The notes below the pieces were generated by a model. That model worked only from the letters and a program-made list of their open reading frames with translations. It was not told the origin of the DNA and ran no database searches. A stretch of 64,000 nt of DNA. It comes from Octopus sinensis (Eukaryota). The stretch covers positions 93,496,001-93,560,000 of the forward strand of contig NC_043000.1 of NCBI RefSeq assembly GCF_006345805.1. The letters run 5' to 3'. Of this stretch, positions 52,847 through 64,000 are shown piece after piece (within the stretch, counting starts at the first letter, position 1; each line of letters opens with the position of its first letter). Both the position numbers and the translations under genes were made by a program.

Positions 52847-52982
52847 TATTATTATTATTATTATTATTATTGTTGTTATTATTATTATGTCCCTCATCCT
52901 TGGCCCTTGTGGCAAATATATGAAATAATTATCATTATCATTATGATCATCATCATAATCATCATCACCATTATTATCATCA

Positions 52983-53025
<43 letters not shown>

Positions 53026-53103
53026 GCTGGTGCGAAAGCATAAGTGAAAGTCTGCAGGTGCGTGCGTGTGTGTGTGTGTGAATCATGTATGTCTGTGTGA
53101 GTA

Positions 53104-53142
<39 letters not shown>

Positions 53143-53576
53143 CAGAGAGAGAGAGAGAAAGAGAGACAGAGAGAGACAGAGAGAGAGAGAAAGAGGGAGA
53201 AAAAGACAGACAGAGAGAGAGAGTCTTTCTTAGCTATAACCCTATGTATAAATGTGGAATGTTAAACCTTTACAAGTATATGCGCTTGTGCGCGCGCGCG
53301 TGTATGAGAGAGAGTGAGAGAAAGAAAGAAAGAAAAAAGAAAGAAGGAAAGAGAGAGAATCATTGCTATACTTTATTATGTATGTATGGAATGTTAACTC
53401 TTTATAAATATGTCCGTGTGTATGTGTTTTATGTGAGTGCGTGCGCACGCGTATATTAAGGAAAAATCATAAACAATAGCAGAAAGAATAATAATTTCTC
53501 ACACATACTTCTTTTATAATTTATTAATTCATTCATTATTATTATTATTATTATTATTATTAAAATTATTATTACA

Positions 53577-53614
<38 letters not shown>

Positions 53615-53894
53615 AATATTATTATTATTTATATATTATTATTATTATTTTTATTATTATATTATTATTATATTATTATTATTATTATTATTATTATTTA
53701 AAAGTTATTTCGTCATACTATTTCGTTTTCTTCTCTACTTAACATATTATGATCATTAATTAAAAAGAAAGAATAAAAACAAAGAAAAAATAACAAAAAC
53801 AGCTAACAAAAATTATTATTAATAATATTATTTCTTTCATATCTATCATTACTGAACTCCAGTGGGTTGGCGGGCGATGGGGTTGAGGGCAGAG

Positions 53895-53944
<50 letters not shown>

Positions 53945-53961
53945 GTGGAGGGAGAGAGGGC

Positions 53962-54018
<57 letters not shown>

Positions 54019-54640
54019 ATGGCCCTTACTGACCTGAAACGAGGTCTTCCAAGTGTAGAACCGACGGAAATTACAGGGGTTGAGACGAACACTAGTTAAT
54101 TTTGTCTTTCCGAATAAAGTAACAAAAATATTTATGATGAATGAGGAACATGATGACAACGATGACGACGACGACGGACGAGGAGGAGGAGGACGACACG
54201 ATGATGATGATGATAATGATTATGATGATGAGCTCGACTAAGGTGTAACAGTGATTTCATATTTTTAGCACAGAGCAAAAGCGGATATAAGCGATTTAAT
54301 GGCCGTTAGCACATTATTGACACTTAGTTTATGAACTCTGGACAGGTAAAAGTCAAAGGTTAACCAGGAAGGGTTTTGAATTTAAGGCACAAATAAACTG
54401 AGTGACCCTATAAACTCCTAACGGTATGTGGTCAGGTTTGTATACAGTTCCTGTATACTTCACTTAATAATAATCCTTTCTACTATTGGCACAATGCCTG
54501 GGGCTATTCAGTCAATTACGTCGAACCCAGTAGTCAACTCTTGTTTCATCGACCCCGAAAGAATAAAAAGCAAAGTCGAACTCGGAGGAATTTGAACTCA
54601 AAAGGTAAAGACGAGCGAAAGACCGTTTAGCATTTTGTCC

Positions 54641-54740
54641 NNNNNNNNNNNNNNNNNNNNNNNNNNNNNNNNNNNNNNNNNNNNNNNNNNNNNNNNNNNN
54701 NNNNNNNNNNNNNNNNNNNNNNNNNNNNNNNNNNNNNNNN
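54641..54740. other. Assembly gap (100 N)
   Basis: N run. Confidence 1.
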
Positions 54741-57282
54741 GTACCAGTCAAGTACTGGGGTTGATTTTTAATCGATGAACCCTGCCCGCAAATTACTGGG
54801 TTTGTACCTTAATTTTTTTAAAAATTATTGTATTAAACTATTAACTGCACTGGTTTGGTAAAATCATCAGAGCGTCGAACAAAATGCCTTGCAGGGCTTA
54901 TTCTGGTTCTTCACGTTCTGACTTCAGATTCCTCCAGAAGTCTGTCACAGAGATATGGGTTACTAACAAGTCAAGAACTAGGTTGACTTCATCATCGTAT
55001 ACGCTCATCCTAAATTTCTAATACTGTACCTAATTTAGAAATAATATTTTCTGATCGGAAAGGCATGAACATCGCATATTCCTGTGACTCGTATTATGTG
55101 TTATAAAAGTCGGTTTTTTTTTCTCTAAAAAAAAACAAACAAACAAAAAAAAAATAACCCCAAATATTTCGTGACTGATACTTTGTTTTGTGGACACTCC
55201 ACCCCTCCACACATGCACACTCTTGAAGGGAAGGTTGAAATATAAAGCTGACCTCGATGGAATTCGAACCCCAAAACAAATGCAAAGCGAATATAATAAA
55301 CACTATCGTTATTATTGACGGGGCGAATTGAGAGCTCGAGCGGCGGTGAGCTTGTTAATAATCTATATTGTTTACGAAGTTGTTGTTGTTGTTGTCTAGA
55401 CCTGGGTCAAAGGCACCCCATCTATGACCATCCCGTCTTACATTTACATATGCTGCATCTAGAACCATATTTTCCAGTGTGTTATTTCCCACTTTTAAGG
55501 GCAGCATGGGTGTGATTTAAAAAAAGGTAGACAGCGAGGGGCGATGAGGCGGCCCTCCCCCAGGCGATTTTTGTGGGGGCGATACTTTTGGGTTTGCTGC
55601 GTAAGACTGTATAGATTGTGGTGGTGGTGTGGGGGGGGGGGCAGTACTTACTAGCTACTCCGCTGGAGTGATTTGAGGGGGAGTTGGCTGCTGTTTCTAG
55701 AAGTCATGCAACCGCGAAGCAGGACTCTCCCCTACACACAGGCACGCATACACCAAGTAGCATAATTTCCTGGATTTGCCTATCCGAGTTCAAGTTCCTC
55801 TCGAAACCCTCTCGTTTTTATGGGATCAATTCAATCTTAGTAAAATCCGTGTTTCGTCCTTCTCCATCCCACGGAGAGGGAACCTAATTGGTTTTCTTTT
55901 CTCTTTCATTCGACTGTCGCTGAATGCATTCACTCTTCAATGTAGTTGTGCAAAGTGCTGAAAATAGCAGTCAGATCATACATTGCATCGTCCTCACCAA
56001 AAAAATAAATATAAATAATATATAAAAACAATAGCGAAGCACACCTTCATTTAAAACAAGAAATGAGAGATGGTACAGGCTGAAACGCCTTTGATCACAG
56101 ACAATCACATAGCTGTATGAAGGTCTAAATTATGGGTAACTGATTGCCCTATGCTCATTCCAAAAATGTTGCCCTCTTCGACCGTTTTATTGTGGTCTAA
56201 ATGCCGAGGCATTGATCTATAAAAAATGCTGATTGTGAAATATATTAAAAATTGAGTATTTTCTTTCAGACCATCATCCGAGTTAGACCCAATAGATATA
56301 TTAAATATTTATACTTTACATTATATATTTTACATTAATTTTGTTCTCTGTCGTTTATTAAACATTAATTAACAGCATGTTATATAAATAAGTTAATTAC
56401 TTATAAAACTAGAATAACGGGCGTGTGTGTGCATATTAAAAGAATTTTTTATTAACACTTTAGTGAACTGAAAAGAATTATAAGTTTCCCTTTTGTACCA
56501 GGGTAAATCAGACATGAGAAAAAAAGTTTGCAGTAAACCCCACCGATTTTTTTTTCGGTACCCTTAGCATGTGCTTCGTGATGTTTAACTCTTTATCAGG
56601 ATCTGGTCGCGTACTTTTAAAAGTTCTTTTCTGAATGTATAGTTAGCTGAGAAGCGAACTTTTAAGTTCGGTCTCTGCCATTACGTAGTGAACTGGCCGG
56701 AGGCCTACCGGACAGGTTTTATCGTATAACCCAAAGAGAGTCAGTCTCATTATGTATGCAATGTGTCTGGCTAGGTCTGATTCTGTCTGGGGGATTACAT
56801 TAAGGATATAAGTTTCTGTGGCATACTCGGTCATACACATTAAAGTTCAATGACTAGATATTTCTCTGTTGATCGAACAGATAGAACACACACACACACA
56901 CACGTACGCACGCATTATCTTTTACTTGTTTCAGTCATTAGACTGCGGCCATGCTTGGGCATCGCCCGGGAGAATTTTAGGCGAACGAATTGATTCCAAT
57001 ACTTATTCCTAAACCCGGTAATTATTCTATCGGCCTCTTACCGAACCGCTAAGTTACCGGTGGTAGGGGGCTAACACAGATACAAAGACACACACACAGG
57101 TATGAACCGTATATACGACAGGCTTCTTTAAGTTTCCATCTTTCAAATCCACTCGCAAGGCTTTGGTCAGCTAAAGTAGTATATGGCCAAAGTGCTCGCG
57201 CAGTGGGACTGAGCCTGGAACCTTGCGGTTGGGAAGCAAGCTTCTTACCACACAGCCACGTACATATACCATGTGTGTATGT

Positions 57283-57314
<32 letters not shown>

Positions 57315-58619
57315 CGTGTGTACATATATATATATATATATTTCTTGGCTACCCACAAGGGGTTAAACATAGAGGGGACAAACAAGGACAGACAAACGGA
57401 TTAAGTCGATTACATCGACCCCAGTGCGTTACTGGTACTTATTTAATCGACCCCGAAAGGATGAAAGGCAAAGTCAACCTCGGCGGAATTTGAACTCAGA
57501 ACGTAACATATATATATATAACGCGATATAAGTGTGTGAGTGTGTGCATATATATTGCATTTATCCTTTGTCGATGATGATGATGCTTCCAAACTTTCTT
57601 CATCACCCTAGGGCCAATCGCAAGTGAATTTGATTAGAGAACCGGAAGAAAAGAAATACAAGTTCAGTCCCTGAAGTGTTTGGTCTTCAACGCGCAACCC
57701 CATCCTCCCGTCCTTTTTTATTTTTTCCTCGCTGGCACGGTTTTGTCGAGACGAAAGGTGGCGGCCTGAGCAAATGCAGAGAAATACCGGCGTGCTTGCA
57801 AGTCTGTCACGTTTTTGGCTTGATGCCTTTTTTCTCTGTGTGCGTGTGAAGGGACAAATGAGAGTTTGCGCTATGCCTTTCTTTGACAGCTGTTATTTTC
57901 ACTCCTGTCGGGTTACTCCCCCCCCACCATCCTTTTTAAAACCTCCGAGGGAGCGATGCAGACGGGGGCTGCTGTCTATCGAGTCGCCCACGACCCAGCC
58001 ATCGAAGGAGCTGTAGTATATTACGGTTGGTAATATGGTAACGCAGACAAGGAGCTAAAAACCCCAGGCGACCGGCATAAACACACATACATACATTCAC
58101 TCACACATACATACATACATACATACATGCATACACATACATACACACACACATACATACATACGCATACACATACATACACACACACATACATACATAC
58201 ACACACACATACATACATTCACTCACACATACATACATTCACTCACACACACATACATTCACTCACACATACATACATGCATGCATACATACATACATAC
58301 ATACATACATTCATTCACACATACATAGATATACATACATACATGCATACACTCATATATAGACACGTACGTGTATATAATGTATAACATATCCATCATG
58401 TATACGCATATATATATGTGTATGTATGCAGGTATGCAAATGTATACACACACACATATATATGTATGTGAAATGAATATGCACGTATGTATAATGAATA
58501 TGCATGTGTGCATATATGTATATGTAAAATGTATATATAATTTACGCGCGCGCGCACACACACACATACACAGACTTGTGTTTATTCCCCTTATGCTTCA
58601 TCCCCTCTGAGAGTGTGTG

Positions 58620-58657
<38 letters not shown>

Positions 58658-58680
58658 GTGTGTACGTGTGTATTTGTATA

Positions 58681-58862
58681 CTCTTTTACTTGTTTCAGTC
58701 AGTTGACTGCAGCCATGCTGGAGCACCGCCTTTAGTCGAGCAACTCGACCCCGGGACTTATTCTTTGTAAGCCCAGTACTTATTCTATCGGTCTCTTTTG
58801 CCGGGGACATAAACACACCAGTATCGGTTGTCAAGCAATGCTAGGGGGACAAACACAAACAT

Positions 58863-58936
<74 letters not shown>

Positions 58937-59111
58937 CATACATATATACGACGGGCTTCTTTCAGTTTCCGTCTACCAAAACCACTCACAAGGCTTTGGT
59001 CGGCCCGAGGCTATAGTAGAAGACACTTGCCCAAGGTGCCACGCAGTAGGACTGAACCCGGAACCATGTGGTTGGTAAGCAAGCTACTTACCACACAGCC
59101 ACTCCTGCGCC
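58681..59111 (-). mobile_element. SINE family 1, full length, low divergence
   Basis: Complete head, body and tail closely matching the other family 1 copies. Confidence 0.92.
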
Positions 59112-59592
59112 TATATATATGTATATGTATATACATTTAATGCATTTATGTAAGGATATATATATATTATATATATATATAGTGTTTGTATATATGTATG
59201 TGTGTCTATTCCTTAGTTGGTTCCTCATCGGATTGCGGTTTTTCTGGGGGATGCATCTGCAAGTGCCAGTTATATCAGGCTTGGAAGCACTTTCCATTTC
59301 CACACCCCGCCGCCCTCCTTCGTCTGGTATTTACTAAAGTTGCGGCAGTTAAAGGGGCACGATATGATCAACACAATTTCTGTTTTCAGTTTAAGAGTGT
59401 TCTAAACATAAATATACACTAACTTGCACTTGCGCTTACACTCATACACACGCGCGTGCACTCACTCAACACCCACTCACACACACGCATGCATACTTGC
59501 GCGCGCACATACACACGCTGTCATACATTTATACGTAAATTGATTAAAAACAAAAACATTCTAGGGCGGCCGCACTCCTGCTCACGTTATTC

Positions 59593-59635
<43 letters not shown>

Positions 59636-59636
<1 letters not shown>

Positions 59637-59768
59637 TAAACAGTAAAAATAATTACAGACATGGACAAGAACATGAAACACCACAGAGACGACACAAGAA
59701 CCACAGGACGGGACATTCGAAGCCCTCAGTCACCAGTCAAGAACCAGATCATCTTAGCAATTTCGGCT
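59636..59768 (-). mobile_element. Family B-related short repeat
   Basis: GGACGGGACATTCG..CAGTCAAGAACCAGATCATCTTAGCAATTTCGGCT; flanked by (TA)n. Confidence 0.55.
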
Positions 59769-60791
59769 ATATATATATACACATACATACATACATACAC
59801 AACGCACAGATATAAAGACATCTCTCTCTCTCTATATATATATATATGTACAGACACCGCAAAATAATAACACGATTCTATCTATCTATCTATCAATACA
59901 CACACACACACACACACACGTGTGTGTGTGCCTTTACATGTGTTTGTCCCACCTACCATCGCTTGATAACCGATGGTGGTGTGTTTACGTCCCTGTAGAC
60001 TCGCGGTTCAACAAAAGAGATCGATTAGGATAAGTACTAGGCTTACAAAGAATAAGTCCTGGGGGTCAATTTCTTCGACTAAAAGGCGGTGCTCCACCAT
60101 GGCCGCAGCCAAATGATTGAAACAAACCAATAAAAGAATGTGTATGTGTGTGTGTGTGTTTATTGCTCTCCAGAACAACAGAATCCAATGCAATTCTTTC
60201 TTTTCTGAAACAGTTGGGTACGACGAGGGAAATTTGGTTGTTATTTCTCGCAGATCGTGTGACCACATACCGTCGCCTTCGTTGGTTTCCCTATGTGATT
60301 GAGGGACAAAAGTTCCTGATGGGATGTTTAGCGCCAAATTAATTTTACAGAGACCCATTGTTCAAAAAAATTCAACTTTTTTTTTTCCGTTTTCCTATAT
60401 ATTTTATACTGGGTTTTCATTATCCTATGTGAACTGTCCTTCGTAATTTCATCAGGGAAAATATTTAGTTGCTGTTTCTAGCGGGCCTAGCAAACACGTA
60501 GGATGTGTCCTGTCGCTGGTTCGTCTGTATTTATAGTTATTTATAGATTAGCTTACTAAATATAGACCAGTCTCTTATCAAATCTCGCCCATGCTGGGCA
60601 ATGTGCATGAAGGAGCGAGTGACGTCTTTTACAAAACTTATCGTTTAACTTAAAGCTTTTTGTATGTTGTTATTATTTTTCCTTCTTTTTTTTTTAATTA
60701 AAAGTAAAATATAATAATAAATTAAACAAATGAGGCCATTGACACCCAAAACCACACACATACACATATATAGATTCCGTATATTTTGTTC

Positions 60792-60822
<31 letters not shown>

Positions 60823-61762
60823 AATGATATAATTCATATATATCTAAGTTAACACGCTCATACATACAGAATGCACGCGCGCGCGCGCGCGGACTTTTAT
60901 GGGTTTTTAAAAAAATCTTTTGCTTCTTTCAAGTCATTGGAACTGCGACCATGCTGGGGCACCGCATTGAAGGGTTGTAGTTAAAGTATTCGACTCCAGA
61001 ACTTTTTTTTAAAAAAAAAACGTTTGGTACTTATTTTGTCGGTCTTTCTATTGCCGAACCGCTAAGTTACGGGGGACATAAGCAAACCAACAGTGGTTCT
61101 CAAGTGGAGTGGGACAAACACGAACACACAGACAAGTACACTCACACACACACACACACACATGTATATACATAAATATAAACGACGGGCTTCTTTCAGT
61201 TTCCGTCTCACAAGTCCTTCGCCGGTCCGGAGCCATCGTACAAGACACTTGCCCAATGTGCTGCGCAGTAGGAGAGAACCCAAGAATACATGGTTGCGAA
61301 ACAAGCTTCTTAACACAACCGCGCTTACTCGCGCGCACATATATTCTTTTATTCTTTTACTTGTTTCAGTCATTTGATTGCGGCCATGCTGGAGCACCGC
61401 TTTGAAGAGTTTTAGTCGAACAAATCGACCTCAGGACTTTTTGTTTTCCTTTCTTCGAAGTCTAGTATTTATTCTATCCTTCTTTTGTTTTTTTTGCCGA
61501 TCCGCTAAGGTACGGGGACGTAAACACACCAACACCGGTTGTCAAAGACACACACACACATACACGACGGGTTTTTTTTCAGTTTCTGTTTGCCAAATCC
61601 AGTCACAAGGATTTGGTCGGCCCGAGGATATAGTAGAAGACACTTGCCCAAGGTGCCACGCAGTCGGACTGAACCCTTAACCGTGTGGTTGAAAAGCAAG
61701 CTTCTTACCACACAGTCGTGACTATATATAACAAACATCGGTATGACATGCGCGCACATATG

Positions 61763-62172
61763 CCTATTTCTTTATTGCCCACAAGGGGCTAAACACAGAG
61801 GGGACAAACAAGGACAGATATAGGTATTAAGTCGATTACATCGACCCCAGTGCGTAACTGGTACTTAATTTATCGACCCCGAAAGGATGAAAGGCAAAGT
61901 CGACCTCGGCGGAATTTGAACTCACAACATAATGCAGACGAAATACCTATTTCTTTATTACCCACAAGGGGCTAAACACAGAGGGGACAAACAAGGACAG
62001 ACATAGGTATTAAGTCAATTACATCGACCCCAGTGCGTAACTGGTACTTAATTTATCGACCCCGAAAGGATGAAAGGCAAAGTCGACCTCGGCGAAATTT
62101 GAACTCAGAACGCAGCGGCGGACGAAATACCGCAAAGCATTTCGCCCGGCGTGCTAACGTTTCTGCCAGCTC
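61763..62172 (-). mobile_element. SINE family 2 dimer with 16-bp target-site duplication
   Basis: 183-bp unit repeated; TSD GCGCGCACATATGCCT at 61750-61765 and 62173-62188. Confidence 0.92.
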
Positions 62173-62621
62173 GCGCGCACATATGCCTGTTCACATACGG
62201 TCATCATCCACGGGATATGCGTGGGTATAACTGGACCTTCGTCGGCCCCGACTTTGATCGATCATTCCGTTACTGGACCGGCTCAGTTACCTGTTCAAGG
62301 AATTGACGTGTAACTGGTAGAATATATCACAAGCTCTCGTCTTCTCTTGACGTAATTCTCCAGTGAAATCTGTGTGACACGGCATATAACAAAAGTGGCC
62401 CTTTAAATTTCGGGTGCAGTCTGTCGGACGTGGGGGGGGGGAGCAATGTGGATCAGTTTTCGTCTAACATTGGCAGGGGTCGACCCGAAGCTATAATAAA
62501 AGGTGCCACGCGTTGGGATCGAACTTCAACCTCCTATGTTAGTATGCAAAGTTTACACTCACACACACACACACACACACTCTCTCTCTCTCTCTCTCTT
62601 TCTCTTTCTCTCTCTCCACGC

Positions 62622-62667
<46 letters not shown>

Positions 62668-62670
<3 letters not shown>

Positions 62671-62823
62671 CAAAATGGGACAAGAACGCAAAACATCCAG
62701 ACAGTTACATGATACAAAAAAGGGACAAGAAAACATCCAGATAGACGATACAAAGAAAACAAGGACGGGTCATTCGGAGTCTTTCCTCAGTCGAGTTCCA
62801 GATTATCTTTTTAATTTTGGCTG
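62668..62823 (-). mobile_element. Family B short repeat copy
   Basis: GGACGGGTCATTCGGAGTCTTTCCTCAGTCGAG..CAGATTATC; (TA)n on both sides. Confidence 0.65.
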
Positions 62824-62854
<31 letters not shown>

Positions 62855-63203
62855 TACCATATACCCTTGGTTGAAGAGTTTGTCCCGGTGTCTTGTTTGG
62901 CGGTTAGATTTGATTCGTTTGGCACTGAAATGCCCCGGAGTGTCCTGCTTATAAATCAAAGACTTAAATTCTAAGAAGGAACAAAAACTAAACTAAAAAC
63001 GTTGAAAACAGGAATGCGGCCTCAACCAGCCGTGTATTAATAACTCAGATGCAAACGAACGAATCTACTCATTTCATAGCTCGCTCTAAGCCTAGCGCTA
63101 TATGCCTTTGCTAGAAGCCGAGCAGGTTCGCCAAAAGAGAGACCGATAGAATAAGAAACCAGCTTTATAAAAGTAAGTGCTGGGGTTGATTTGTAAGACT
63201 AAA

Positions 63204-63562
63204 GGATCTATTCCTTTTGAACGGCAGTTTTCAACACAATTTCTAGTTAACTAAACACTTTTTAACTTCATATACTGGTAGAATGTGTCAAAAGAAAACA
63301 TTTTTTTCTCTTGGCTTTCTTGAGAAAATTATAATTTGTAAGTTTAACGTAGTTTAATTTTTCGAATTTTAACCAATCAATGGCCTCTATTGAGCTAAAA
63401 TCACTTGCTGCGTCTACGTTAAACTTACAAATTACAATTTTCTCAAGAAAGCCAAGAGAAAAAAATGTTTTATTTTGACACATTCTACCAGTATACGAAG
63501 TTTAAAAGTGTTTAGTTAACTAGAAATTGTGTTGAAAACTGCCGTTCAAAAGGAAAAGATCC
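63204..63562. mobile_element. Long-TIR MITE (~149-bp arms) inserted in a SINE 1 tail
   Basis: GGATCTATTCCTTTTGAACGGCAG.. / ..CTGCCGTTCAAAAGGAAAAGATCC; 8-bp TSD AGACTAAA/AGATTAAA. Confidence 0.88.
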
Positions 63563-64000
63563 AGATTAAATCCTTCCAGGCGGTGCTCCAGCCTGGCCGC
63601 AGTCGTATGTCTGAAGCAAATAAAAGAAATGAAAGGTAGATACGCGTGTGTGTGTGTTGAAATATTGAAGATAAAGTGGAGATCTAAAAGTTTCTGTAAA
63701 ATGAATACCCCACAGCTGCGCTCAAGTTGTGTAGATTTTCGTTCGATTTGAACACTTTTACATCGAAAGTCCAAATGACGCCGCGCCGCCCTAAAAAAAT
63801 GGCGTGATCAAGAGGGAAATGCTTTTCATCATATATCTTCTCAACCAGGGCTTGACTTGAAAATAAATAACGATGTGTGTGTATGTATGTACACACGTTT
63901 CTGTATGTATAATAGTACGCGCGGGCGTGTATGTGTGTTAATAGCAACTCACGGGAAAATAGCGATTCGATCCCGCCCTTTCCTTCCCCCAGCTCCAATT

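Noticed and set aside
54030-54060. CTGACCTGAAACGAGGTC as an HHR
   Set aside because: It is a simple hairpin with no full core and no stem II.
56650-56715. Two short hairpins as an ncRNA
   Set aside because: No recognisable RNA family features; chance level.
60405-60460. Minus-strand CUGAUGA..GAAGGAC
   Set aside because: No stem II or stem III can be formed.
8995-62175. Dispersed near-identical motifs (GTCGACTTTGCCTTTCATCC etc.) as a CRISPR-like array, or SINE heads as tRNA genes
   Set aside because: They are irregularly spaced SINE copies with no repeat-spacer periodicity and no complete cloverleaf.
177-63998. Most ORFs in the supplied track (poly-V, YI, CV, HT, LSIY, poly-I/L)
   Set aside because: They are translations of microsatellites or recurring SINE text, with no protein-like content.

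Overview
This is AT-rich eukaryotic intergenic or intronic DNA with no recognisable host protein-coding gene. It is dominated by microsatellites ((TA)n, (CA)n, (TAGA)n, (TACA)n, (ATT)n, (GTG)n, (GA)n) and several tRNA-derived SINE families; the repeat landscape looks like an Octopus-type cephalopod genome (inference). Almost all ORFs in the supplied track are microsatellite or SINE artefacts. The recognisable coding remnants are all mobile elements: a full-length mariner (DD34D; 2987-4276, three -1 frameshifts), a decayed Penelope-like retroelement (RT + GIY-YIG; ~12900-14017), an internally deleted DD37D Tc1/mariner element (27358-28268) and the 3' end of an RLE-type non-LTR retrotransposon (~35650-36135). 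MITEs, a Helitron and a Helentron/HINE are also present. The main signal outside the ORF track is a set of type I hammerhead ribozyme (HHR) motifs from at least four unrelated sequence families. They comprise one directly behind the Penelope ORF (14051-14091), one with an intact core and long stem I (10182-10245), three copies in a ~200-bp non-coding (TA)n-anchored mini-element (18925, 26565, 49131), and a fold-back element with an HHR on each strand (33271-33393). Together these suggest non-autonomous, ribozyme-bearing, Penelope-mobilised elements. A SINE also recurs as a dimer with the same junction at three loci. All folds were derived by hand and activity is untested. There are two 100-N assembly gaps.
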